Source: Dimorphilus gyrociliatus
Taxonomy: Eukaryota > Animalia > Annelida
Length of the DNA: 64,000 nucleotides
Reading direction: 5' to 3'
Assembly: GCA_904063045.1 (NCBI GenBank)
Contig: CAJFCJ010000004.1
Location: 432,195 to 496,194 of the forward strand
Below the pieces are notes generated by a model. The model had not been told where the DNA came from, ran no database searches, and saw only the letters and a program-made list of their open reading frames with translations. The translations under genes and the position numbers were made by a program. Shown here piece after piece: positions 13,201 to 25,458 of this stretch. Within the stretch, counting starts at the first letter, position 1. Every line of letters starts with the position of its first letter.

Positions 13201-15833
13201 TTTTTTATCCGCTAAAATTGTCTAGTTTTTTTTATTTATTATCATTAATATACTTTTACCATTAAAACAGAGCTGCAGCCTGCAATTGATAAAGGCTTTA
13301 CTGGTTTTTGGAGCCGATGTTAATACTAGAAACAATGCGGGTGTTTCTGCTCGTCACCTTGCAGCCGTTTCCCAATTGCCCGAGGCGTAAGTAACACCCA
13401 ATTTTTTCCCTTTCTTCCCTCGACCCTTCACAAGTCACGCATTATTTCGAAACCTTCCTCCACCCCTTTTCAAATGTGGGTTAGGACAAAAGTAGGCGTA
13501 CAATTCATACCTGCCATAACCTTTCCCTTATTATTTATGATTGAGGCTACTAATGCGTCCATTCTTAACAAATTCTTTGTTTCCTTATATTTTGTTCCAT
13601 TTTTTACAGAAAAAAAGTTATCTATCTTCTGCAAAGGATTGGAGCAGAAAAATGTTCTCCAGACACTCCAGGATGTGTGGACGGCTGCGCGCATTGGTCA
13701 AATTCAAAAGGAGAAGAACCAGAGCAGGAGGCTTCAACACCAATTGAGGATACACTAAAAAGAGGTATAAATTAGTCTTTTGTCTACCTTTCATGAAAAC
13801 TTTAATAGAAAAGCTTACCCTCATAAGTTATTTTTGGGATAAAAAACAGAGTACTTTGACGCTGTCATGACCAACACAATAGATGCTGCTAAGCAGAGAA
13901 GATCTGGCGATAGAGTAATGTTCTTAGACTGTTTCTTTGTTTACTTTTTTAAAATAAGAAAGAAAAATCAATTAGTTATTAAATTAAATAAAGTAACAAT
14001 TAATTAGTCAATTCTAAATTTACAGGTTCTTTGTATGGATGGGGGTGGTATTAAAGGTTTGGTGCTAATTAAGTTATTATTAGCGTTAGAAAAAATAGCA
14101 AAAAAACCTGTTCGAGAACTTTATGATTGGATTGCGGGAACGAGTACGGGAGGAATTTTAGCACTATATATAGCTATGGGTATGTATCTTCAGAGCTTTG
14201 TATTATTATTATATGTTATACATTATATTAGCTATTTATTGATTTAAAATTAATATACTTAGGTAAACCCCTCCTTGATGCGCAGTCAATGTACTTTCGG
14301 TTAAAAAATGAAACTTTTAAGGGTAGCCGCCCCTATGATGCAACTCCATTGGAAGATTTTATGAAACGCGAATTTGGAGAATTTACAACGATGAATGAAA
14401 TAACAGGAATAAAGTAAACAACTAAATTTAGTTTTCAGGATACACACTTTTAATTAACCGATTTATGCCGTTTGTTAAAATTAGAGTCATCGTGACGGCT
14501 TCATTGGTAGATCGTTTTCCCGCTGATTTACATTTATTCACTAATTATGAGAAACCCGGTTACGATTATAACAGAGCTAAACGTGAGAGTAAATTATTCG
14601 TTCCTCCAAAACCGCAAGGTAGGTAGAATGTTTTTCACGGTTTCTCATAATTTAATGAGGTTTTTTATTCAATTTATAGACGTTCCGATATGGAAAGCAG
14701 CTAGATCGAGTGGGGCTGCGCCAACCTACTTCCGTGCTATGGATCAATTTATGGATGGTGGAATTATAGCTAATAATCCAACTTTAGACGTATTAACAGA
14801 AATTCATGAATATTATTGCGGATTAGCTATTCAAGTACGTTAATATAAATAAAAAACCTTTAAATTGCATAAACTAAATATTACATTAGTTAAATAACTA
14901 TTTTCTAAGAATGGGTAGATCTACGTTTATTGTTTTCATTGAATATAAATCTATAAGTATTGTCTTATAGGCATTATTTATTTATTTTTATGAAAACTAG
15001 AATATTGAAAGATATTTTTTCCATCTACTTTAATTGGAGAGCTGGTTAAGCAAGTATTTCATTAATAATATTAAAAAATCTGGCAAGACGCAATTTATTA
15101 TGATGCCAAGATAAAAGTATATTACAATTTATATGTTAAAACAAACAATAATGTATGCCTCCTTAACATCTACCGTTTATTCATCCTACGTCTTTTTTTT
15201 TCTTTTTTTTTAACTTGCATTCAATCGACATAGAAAAATTCAATCAATAAAACAGATATTCATTTTTTAGTATTATTTAAGTATACAAATTTGCTAGTTT
15301 ATTATTATTACTATTATTATTATTATTATTATTATTATCTTTTTATATAAAATGTCTACTCTTTTTAAATTTGTTCATTTTTTTCGTTTAGGAAAAGAGA
15401 AGCTCTTGTAATGCTATAAAGTCTTTACATGTTGTCGTTTCGATTGGTACTGGTCTTCCTCCTATTAAACAAACTAATGCGTTCGATGTGTTTAAACCTG
15501 AGGGATTTTTGGATCTGCCTAAAATAGCTATTGGAGCTTCCAATCTGGCTAAAACGATAATTGAATCGGTTAGTACCAAATGATGAAACGACTAGACATG
15601 ACTACTTTTGCTTTTAGGCTACTGAGGCTAATGGAAGAAGTGTAGAAAGAGCTAGAGCATGGTGTAGTTCCATTCAAGTTCCATTTTTTAGATTTTGTCC
15701 TAATTTAAGCGAAGACATTCCTCTAAATTGTACGGAAGACGATAAATTAATCAATTTGCTATGGGAAGTTCAAATTTATATTCACGATCATTTCCAAGAA
15801 CTTGTGCAATTAGTTGAAGTACTTACTTATTAA
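10237..15833 (+). CDS. PLA2G6: Calcium-independent phospholipase A2 beta (ankyrin repeats + patatin domain), 18 exons, about 800 aa
   Basis: Exons 10237-10364, 10449-10538, 10707-10773, 10894-11042, 11255-11435, 11636-11823, 11881-11974, 12038-12130, 12188-12277, 13271-13386, 13610-13764, 13850-13914, 14026-14179, 14263-14413, 14485-14618, 14680-14834, 15392-15568, 15618-15833. Sum 2403 nt, in frame. Ankyrin TPLH-type repeats, DGGGIKG, nucleophile [14 protein letters not shown], catalytic DGG, ANNPTLD. Confidence 0.94.
15301..15338. repeat. (ATT)n microsatellite in a PLA2G6 intron
   Basis: Near-perfect attattatt run. Confidence 0.85.
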
Positions 15834-16133
15834 AGCCAAACCAGATAAATACTTGTAAATGATTACAAATGTTAGACAGAGGTAATTTAATGATTGTAAA
15901 ATTAATTAAGCCTATGATGAAATTTATAATGGCATTAAATTGAATTATATAAATAATTTATGACCTTACGCAATAAATTTTTTCCCGCAAATTGTCTTTT
16001 TTTATACATTAAAAGGGAAAACAATTTACACTCCCACAATTATTTTATTAATACAAATATAGCTATTATATAAATTGATATAAGATCCATAATATACTCT
16101 ATACAATTGTAGGATTAGGTAATATATATATTA

Positions 16134-16134
<1 letters not shown>

Positions 16135-16178
<44 letters not shown>
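16135..16178. repeat. (TA)22 microsatellite
   Basis: Uninterrupted TA run of 44 nt. Confidence 0.95.
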
Positions 16179-16181
<3 letters not shown>

Positions 16182-17600
16182 GTTTGTACCGGAATTGTCA
16201 CGTTTCTAAATATACCATGATATTAAAATAATTGAATGAACTGAGACATTTTTTGATTGGCATTTACCAACAGTCTTTTTAATTGAGATACAAAGGAGTA
16301 AATAGTCTACTGCCATCTAGTGTGTTCCATATTACAACATACACCTTTAAGGTTAAGAGTAGCGCATAACACAGCGGAAGAAGATTAACTTAGTAAGTCG
16401 ATATGTATGAAATTGCACGAGACACTTTTGCAAAGGGGATAGAAAATGGAGTGGGTGTAAGAGGTTGAAAAAGAAGAAAGGAAAACTTTTGCACGCGTCA
16501 ACGGAGTCTCCGCCGAATCGAGTACTGTTAAGTGTAGAAAACTCGTTAATAACCGGCACAGAGCACGATTTCTGTAGTTGATGAAAGGCTAATTCAGTGG
16601 GTGGGTTACGAGAAGTGGGATAGGAGTGGGTGGGGTGGCGGAACATAGCAGTAGGGGGCAGAAAATACCGTGAATGAAAGTTGTTCTTTGTATAGGAAAC
16701 GCCCATTCCATTTATTGAAAACAATAGGTAAAAAAAAGCAAGTAAATTCAGTTGTTTATTTATTTAGATTTTCAGCTCAATAAAAGTAGAAATTGAATAC
16801 ATAGAGTATTAAATCGCCCAAAACGGTCTCGTGACGGCAATTTATCGCGGCGGGCGTCTTACGAAGGGCGGTAAGTCGATCGCTGTCGATTTCCGGCTGT
16901 GAACAGATGGGTACTGATTATTTTTCCCGCCGGCAAATCCCCCGCTATACGGTTGAATCGTTTTAAAAAAAAAAACCAACCGAATCGCAGGTTCGAAACA
17001 CTTTCCATCTTAACTCTAATTATCATGTGATCCGATGTACTTAAATTTCGATTTGAAACGGATTGACCCACTCCAAATCATTGTTGACTAAAGTGTATAT
17101 GTATATATATAATTGATAATTTTGTAACACCCCTTGTCCCGACACTCTTGGATTATGTAATGAATTTCTTTAACTTACGTAAGTAGTAATAATATATGAT
17201 GTGAAGTATGCAAGCGAGTCTATGTACCATGAAAATTTAATGTTTGTGACAAAACAAAGAAGAATTTGTTTTGACAAACAACAAAATGTTCATTTTTTTT
17301 AATTTTTATTTATAATTTTTCTTGATTTGAACATTGAACCCTTGTGTTTGTATAACGGATTTTTCAACAATATTCAATGAGTGTAAATAATAAATGTATA
17401 CATGGATCATTGGGTACGGGAAGAGAACAGCTGGAAATTGTATTGCATATAAAAGGCTGGTTGTTCGAATAGTGCAAAAAAAAAAATCATTATCTTTTCA
17501 TTGTAATTAGTTTTTTTATATAAGGTTCCTTTTAGCATTGAATTCTCACATTTAACGGGTTCATAAACTCTAATAGAAAGGAACGTTTAATTTTTTCCCT

Positions 17601-17690
17601 CTCTTTCTTCTCCCTCTCTCTCTCTCTCTCTCTCTCTTCCCCCGCCTTTCCACACACACATATATATATATACAGTATATATACTCTCTC
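17601..17690. repeat. Compound (CT)n/(CA)n/(TA)n microsatellite
   Basis: Visible ctctct, cacaca and tatata tracts. Confidence 0.85.
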
Positions 17691-18750
17691 TTTCACTCTA
17701 CTTCTATTTCTGCAGTTCAAATATCTTTTTAATAGATATATAAATAGTTATAAATTAATTTATGAACAGATCTTATTGTGTCAGTGAATCTGGTAGAAAA
17801 ATTCCTTTGCGAACAGATGCACTGATTATCTGAACAGCGGCTAATTACTAAAGAAATATTCCCCGTTCAATTAATTAATGGTTTGAGGCATTCTTGACAA
17901 GGGACAGATGTATATACTTATTAGGCGACTGGCTATTCATTATTTGAATGAAAATAAACTTTGTACCAGCTGCTTGAATACGATGGAGATGTATTATATA
18001 ATGAATCTGAGGTAACTCGGAATCCGTTTAACACCCTCCTCATTTCATGGTTTCATTAATGAAGCTTAACAAAGCAATCTGTATTTCTTATTTCTATTAT
18101 TTACGTAGTTCTTTTTAAAATATAAATTCGAGATATAAAAATAGCAAGTATTGAGCTTACCGTAAAGGTAAAAGTGTATCAATCTTAAATGGTGGGAGGA
18201 GTGTAGGATTATGCGTGATGTATTAGATAACGGAGGGGGTCGAAGAGTGTCGCGTGATTTCACGGAAATATTTAACATCTGTACCAGAGATACAAATGAA
18301 TAGCGGAGAGACAAAACTACATTTTTTAAGTTGTATATATAAATATGTACAATTTGCCTAATTAGTCAAATGCTCATACATTTTCCGCTAAAGTTTCTAT
18401 AGACAACGATCATTACCGTCAAATATAAACTCCTACCGGCCGATCAAGTAGCCGCTAACGAGTCGTTTCGAGTGGTGTAATTAGTCGAATATTTTTCACC
18501 CTTGTTCGCGCATCTGTTCCCTTAAAAATCGAAAAGAAAGGCCTAATTCAAGCTGACAGATGGCCGTCTCTTGTCACGCTGAGATTCAAATTTCTTCTAT
18601 ATATACTTTCGCACTTAGTTTTTAATTTATTCACTTATAGTTTAATTTTTAGTAATACATTTCCTTTATTAAAATCATGTAAAAAAACATCTCTAAAAAG
18701 AATGCATATATATATATATATATACAAGTTCAGTGTATATGTGTTCAGTT

Positions 18751-19272
18751 TCAAATATTAGCCGTGGAAGAACTTGGCGATATTGAGCTTGATGATGATG
18801 ACGGAGACATTAAACTAGAACTAGGTAGCAAAGGCAATGGAAGTTTCGGTGTTAAGCAATCGGCGCATGCGCAAAATCCATGATTTGTACGAAATCTCGT
18901 AGGTACTTGAGGAAGAGGCGGAAAATTCATTCGTTGAGTACTGACATCAGATACCAACTTCTTCATCTCTGCTAATGAATTTTGCAGCATAAGAATATAG
19001 TTCTTGGCAAGTAGAAGAGTAGCAATCTTTGATAGTTTCCTTACAGACGGGCCATGAGCATATGGCATAACCTCCCTTAAGCCATCAAGCGCGCTGTTCA
19101 AGTCGTGCATCCTTTTCCTTTCTCTCGAGTTCACTTTTAATCTTAGTTGCTGTAATTCTTTATCGTTCAATGTTTTAGTTGATAATCTTGATCTTCTTAC
19201 TTTTGGTTTAAATTCCGTTGAATCAGCATCGCTCTGAGGCGAGCAGCCCACGTCGATCTCGCAATCACTCAT
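18751..19272 (-). CDS. Olig: Olig-family bHLH transcription factor, intronless, about 173 aa
   Basis: [56 protein letters not shown] matches OLIG2/3 ([17 protein letters not shown]) rather than BHLHE22/Beta3 (LRLNINARERRR, DELRAVIPYAHSP). ATG at 19272, TGA at 18751-18753. Confidence 0.92.
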   Translation of the reverse strand: MSDCEIDVGCSPQSDADSTEFKPKVRRSRLSTKTLNDKELQQLRLKVNSRERKRMHDLNSALDGLREVMPYAHGPSVRKLSKIATLLLAKNYILMLQNSLAEMKKLVSDVSTQRMNFPPLPQVPTRFRTNHGFCACADCLTPKLPLPLLPSSSLMSPSSSSSSISPSSSTANI

Positions 19273-21626
19273 CGCTCTTAAAATCTCCACAAAGATTGAC
19301 GTGGTACACAGGGCTGGACAAGACCACACGCGCCAGAGGCGGAGCTAAAATGGTGACGGGCGTTCAATACCACCCAATAAACATCTCGTCGCGTGCGCTA
19401 TCTATCCTATATCTATAGGAGCTATAACAGTTGCTAATTCTCGGTACATTAATGGCAACATTGTTTGACACACTTGGCGCATCTGTTCGATATAAGTGGA
19501 CATAATAAGTGCGTACTGAAAATTTACTAATGTATTATATGCGTTCAATCACTATTGTACAGATTTGTCAATGACATCATCGACTTTATACAAGCACATA
19601 AAGCGTTAACAGTGTTTAGTATTTCGAGTTGGAAGATAATAAACAATAAATTTTGTTAATTTTTAAAAAGAAACTCTCATTTCAATATGAAAACATAACG
19701 AAACTGACAAACTCTATACAGAAAAGCTTTCGTAACGAGAAATTCTTGAACCGTGAAATGTAAAAGTTAAAAAGTTTCTAAATTGACTTTTTCTCGGTTC
19801 TTAAACGCTTCATTAAGAATCACGTGACCAGAAACAAAAGCATTCGATTAAGTTTGTCGCTCATTCGAAACGATGAACAAAGTTTTGTCGGCCTTGGGCG
19901 GATTCGGCCTTCTTTTGTAGTCAACACGTTCGAAAGTTGAACAAAGACGGTTCTAGAAGACGCCATATGCAAGCTGCAGGGCGTCGGCGATCGGCCGCGC
20001 CCAAGTTGACCTTGGAACGGCCGGTTTTTTTGAAATTATTGTTTAGCGGTCGCCATGAAATTATCGGTTCGGTACGAATTGGTCACCAAACGGTGTATCC
20101 ACAGATTTTCGATCTAATTACATACTTTCGGGGATTCTCCCTCTCACAAGTTGACTAAACAAAGAAGGAAAACTTGACAACTCCTCCTCCTCCTTCTTTC
20201 TCTTCTTAATCCAGCAGGAAGTTGGAGTATTCTATTTCTTGAGTATTACAATTGATTCCCCGCTTTAGGTTGACAATTAATTCAAAGATAATCAATGATC
20301 TGTAAATACATACAAAGTTGTCCGCACGGACGTGCCTATATTAGCATAAACGCTATCCACCAAATGCCGCCCAATTTTCAAAGGTCTATGATGAATTGAG
20401 TACACCATTTCAACCGGAATGTCTTTGCTTTAATTATAGACATTCTTATTACATACCTTAATGGGTACTTTAGTAATTCCAACGGAGTTAATTCGTTTGA
20501 TCTAAAAAAACGATTTGGAAACGAAAATTTCTAATGTTTTTCAAGTTTCCTTTCCTTCGGTGAGGAAATATCAGGCACAAAGGATTCATTAGAACCTTAA
20601 ATATATGTATTATGCCCAAATGATTTTCCAAAGATGCCTTGACCAATTATCCAACGTTTCCCTATTTATTAAATATTTTCATTGTTACGTGCAGAGAAAT
20701 TATTAGTTCGCCATTGACAGGTCAGACAAATTTACTGTCTAATTGCTTGTCTATTATGGAAAATTCGAGGCGCTAATGATTGTAGTTGCTAAACGGCCGG
20801 GTGTGAAAGTGGGTGTTGATTTCTCATTTCCTTTGTTCGAAAGATGTCGTGAGTACTTTAAAGGGGGCGTGTGAAACGTCTAAAACGAAACAAAACGTTT
20901 ATTGTTGTAACTGGTGTTTAAAAATTCTGCAATGGTAAGTGCGAGTAGAAGAACGAATTGAAAGTGTAATTAAAGATAACTGGTAGACAATAATATTAAA
21001 GAATTGAAACTTTTACTCAAAATTTAATTAATTATGAATATTTAAATGAGCTGTTCAAAATATTATAAATAAATTATAAAAAAATCTCTTAACTTTACTA
21101 TAACAAATACGGTAACATTAGAAATTTTACAAAATTAATAGCGTAAATAATTCATTTATCATCTGTTACTTTTTAAAAAGGTTAAACGACGGTTTGTCAA
21201 AATGTTAAATCAATTAAATAAGATGTTAATTAAAGATTAATTATGTTTAAAGAGAAATAAAATGATAAAAGTGATAAAAGTGTGCGTATGTTGTATATAT
21301 ATTTTTTGTTTAATACGAAAAGAACGGAAACAATAGAAAAAAACCCTTTATTGTTTGTTTGTTTGTTTGTCAGTAAATGAAGGGCAAAATTCGCAAAAAT
21401 ATAACATTAATTAATTAAAATACATAAACTATAGTAGAGACACTACATCGAAAAATTTCTTATAGATAACATACAAAGAAGTATCAGTTTGTCCTGTAGC
21501 ATGCAAACAAATATAACATTTTACAATAAATATGTATATACAGTATATATAAATTTATATGCGTGTATGACTCTTCTTTTATAATTATATGAAACTATCT
21601 AAGATTGATTAGCTTAATTAATTTAT

Positions 21627-23601
21627 TTACTCAACGTCAGATTCCATTGTATTATTTTGAAGACGTTCTATCTCTGTGGCATGTTCTTTCTTCAATTTAG
21701 CAATAACTTTCTGATGGTGTAGATGAACATTTTTCAAGACTCTATTAAATTCTTGCTTTAGAGCCTTTTCTCTTCTTCTATAAGCTGTATTTAAATCGTC
21801 ATATAAAGCTTTTAGTGTTGCAGTCATTTGTTCATTCAATAGAGAGTTATATCTATGGAATAGGGGTGGTCTATCATCTTCCCTTTGAACATTTTCTTCA
21901 ATTTCTGATGTATTTTCAGCTTTCTCGATATGATTTGTTTCGATTGATTCCCTTTTCGAAACTCTCTGTAGTAACACATCTAAAAAACTCGAATGTACTT
22001 CCTCGTCGTCACCTAAAGACGGAACTTGTTCAAACTCATTATTAGGCTTCTTTTTCTTATGATCGTAATTTTCATTCACTTCCCTCTCCTCACTTGAACC
22101 ATTTTCTATAATTCTTTTCCTATTATCCTTTCGTTTTTCCACCTAAAGAAAAGAGAGGAAGATCGTCGTTATTGATAATATTTGTTTTACTTTTTATAAC
22201 AAAAACTCGTTAAAACTTTATTGACGACGTCTGTTTTTCCTCATATATTATTCACTAATTAATTTCAAGAGATACCGAAAGTAACATTCAATTATAGATG
22301 GTAATTTTAATAAAGAAGTAGATAAATTGATATTCTTTGATCTCTACCTGAACATAATCAAATTCTGCGTTTAAAGGAGTTTTTGGTTCGGCGTATAGGA
22401 ATTTTCCAATCAACTGCTCAATAATTCTAATGTGTTCGTTCAACTCTTCGATTGCTCTTAGAAGACTATCAGCACAAGGTAGCTTCCTTTCGCTTGGAGT
22501 GAGCGTAAAATTTTGTTTAGTTAAAAGATATACCGAATTTAGTTGAACCCATGCCCTGTCGTGTTCGCCGAAGAAACGAACATCTGCTTGCCCTTTATCA
22601 ATTCGCAAAAGTTTCGCAGGCCAATACGGAAATCCCTTGAGTTTAGCAGAAACAAGCGTGTGTAATTTACTCTGTAAGAAGCGATAGTAATCCTTAATAT
22701 TATAAGTTTAAAAATATATATATATAAAATTATAGAATAATGCGCCATCTGGCGATTTTCAACAAAAAAATTATTCGACCGAGTATAATTAATAAAAGAT
22801 ATTCTGTTATAGTCACTAAATGCGGAATAATATATAACATAGGCTTAAGAAAATAAATGTAAGAATGGGAATTTTTATGCTATATTTATAAATTTGAATA
22901 CTTACACAAGGAACGCAGAACCAATTCTTTGCCATTTTCTTATTAGACATTTCATAGCATTCAAAGCATATTTCTATTTCTGCTACTTCTTTAGTGAGCT
23001 GCTTTAGAAGATTCTTCATGATCAAAGTTAAATTGTGCCTACCACCATTATAGACAGAGGAATTATGTAAAATCCATTTAACGTCAGCTAGAAATGAATG
23101 TGTGCTAGTATATTGAAAATTTTGTATTCTTTTTCTAATAAGAGAAAAGTCCATTGGTTGAATAACGTATAGATCATAGTCTTTTATCAGCTGCTTATCG
23201 ACTGGTGTAATGAACTCTTTTAATTCTAGATTCGAATTCGCTGCAAATACATTATCTAAGGCAGTTTCTAAGAGTTTTGCTAGCTTTTTAATTGATAAAT
23301 TTGCTATTGTTTCACTTCTGGTCTCCAAACATTCCGATTTTATTTTTAAATCACACTCTGGACATACCCATTTATCTGGAAGTTGACCAAATAAATTGCA
23401 GCATTTCTTATGATAAGATCGTGGACACAAAGTGCATATTGCATTAACTTCGTACTGGTTGCATATCCAACAATAAAAATCCTTTTCTTCTCCTTCTGGT
23501 GTGATGTAACGCTTCTTTGCTAATTTTGCTGATTGATTAACATCTGACCTGAACGATAATAAAATAGCTAGCTGTTAATATTAATTATGCTTTACTTACA
23601 T
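21627..23601 (-). CDS. ZMYND8: ZMYND8/PRKCBP1-like PHD-bromo-PWWP chromatin reader, about 494 aa, apparently lacking the MYND finger
   Basis: Exons: AT at 23601-23600, then 23548-22906, 22671-22348, 22142-21627 (1485 nt). DFYCWIC...CPRSYHKKC...WVCPEC (PHD); FLADVKWILHNSSVYNG (bromodomain); EIEICFEC; AKLKGFPYWPAK...RFFGEHDRAWV (PWWP); C-terminal coiled coil. Confidence 0.85.
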
Positions 23602-24167
23602 AACTCAGAGATTTGGAAAGTCCAATAGACATTTCAATACCAGGATATGAAATGATTAAGATTGAAATCGTATTAATTGCCAAATGATATATGTAAATAA
23701 AAATGAAAAAAATAATAAGTAATAAAAATTTATCCTTCTTCGAAAAACACTCCAAATCTATCTCTACCCGTTTTCGTCGCTTAATTTGAATTATTTTTTT
23801 TTTTAAATTTAACTATTATTAACTAGGAATAGCAAATACAGACATATTATAATAAACATTTTATTGCTTAAAGTATAAAAGATTCGTATTGCTTTAATAA
23901 AATACAAGCAAATTATGTAACTAATTGGAATGATCATTTGAAAAAGATTAATAACGATAGCTCCCCTAATTTACTCTTTTCTTTTTGCAGATAGATGCTT
24001 CTTATAATAGATAATTAAAGAATACGTCATATTTTAATCTAATTTTAAAATTATCTTTATGAATAATACAAAAAAACACTCTAAATATATCATTACCAGC
24101 AAAAATCTAAAATTATTAATATTTTAACTTTACATTAAATTATTTTTTTTGTTTTTCAAATTAAAAT

Positions 24168-24677
24168 ATGGAAAAGTCAATTATCTCAGAAAAAAAGTCT
24201 AAAACTGATGTTATAAATAAAGAAGGAATAAAGACTCCAAATGATCAGCAAAATAGTTTAGTACTAAAACAAACTAGTCACGAAAGTTTAACTAGCAGAA
24301 AGAGTAGCGAGAGTAAACAAACAAATAGATCATGTAGGTATAGAAGATTTAAAAAGGATTATGTTAGCAAAGACAATATGTTCTTAAACGATTATGATTT
24401 ATATGGAGAATTGTCTCAAAAGAACGAAGAACTCTTAAAGAAAGTCAGAGTTGACTCCAGTAGAGTAAGCAAAATTGAAAATTATATAGATGATAATTGC
24501 AGAAGTTCTCTATATAACATTGAGTACAGTAAATTGGCCTTCCATACTGATATGAGAAAATTACGGAAAAGTATTATTAGTGCAGTTTCTCAAGTCCAAG
24601 AGTATTTGAACATATCTGCACTAAATAACACAGTCATCACCGATCTTGATCAATATTCTTTTAATGATTTAGGTTAG
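24168..24677 (+). CDS. Hypothetical Lys/Ser/Asn-rich protein (orphan), possibly with a second exon at about 24699-24918
   Basis: 169-codon ATG ORF in very AT-rich DNA, divergent from ZMYND8-like. No recognisable domain. A 72-codon open frame follows 3'. Confidence 0.5.
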   Translation: MEKSIISEKKSKTDVINKEGIKTPNDQQNSLVLKQTSHESLTSRKSSESKQTNRSCRYRRFKKDYVSKDNMFLNDYDLYGELSQKNEELLKKVRVDSSRVSKIENYIDDNCRSSLYNIEYSKLAFHTDMRKLRKSIISAVSQVQEYLNISALNNTVITDLDQYSFNDLG

Positions 24678-25458
24678 TTTTGACATTTTTAGATTAAGTA
24701 TCGTTTCCAATTCATTTAAGAACTATATTTAAAGGTGAGAATAAGCCAATAAACGATAAAAAATTTACATCAAATCGATTAAAGGACGATAAAGAAGTAT
24801 ACAAGAAAAGATCCTTATTGAACAAACTATTAAATATTAGAGAGAGAAAAAGGAGAAGAAAATCCTTACTTTCTTTTCTAGAAGGAAATTTGACATTTTT
24901 AAAAAAATTTCGTTAATTTAGGATATTTTTTAATGTATAGTATAAATATGAATATCTCTTAAACACTTTAAAAGTTCTATATAATCAGCATTTTTTAACA
25001 TAAACACGATATTCTTGAATAAGTTTGATAATTGATTTTCAAATGTTTATGCATAATTTCAAAGTGCATAATGATTTTTTCTGCATATATAGTATATATA
25101 TATATATATATATATATAATAGCCCAATATGGTATCTATCATCAATTATTTAATTAAAACATATTATTTATTTAACAAACAAATTAACGGTAAATTAACA
25201 AAATCGATAATTTGAACAAAGCTTTGAAAACAGAAAATCAATAGATGATTGTTGTAGACAACAAGAGTTATAAAGTAACTCAAGTATAACGTCTTTATTC
25301 GACCTATGAACACATTTTAAAAGTAAATTTCTTTTAGTACCATTATATATATATAAAATATAGCGAGAATACAAAAATGGCCTAGTATATAAAAATATAT
25401 AAAAAACGAAGATTTTCAATCAAAAAGTGTTAAATCAAGTTCAACATTTCAATAGTAT

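Noticed and set aside
16990-16999. Pol III B-box-like GGTTCGAAAC
   Set aside because: No A box or cloverleaf around it, so not a tRNA.
18580-18600. TGAGATTCAA resembling the miR-1175 5' end
   Set aside because: The similarity stops after 10 nt and there is no hairpin partner arm.
20393-20410. Minus-strand KWCTQF as a possible start of the missing MYND exon
   Set aside because: No second Cys, and the frame closes within 10 codons.
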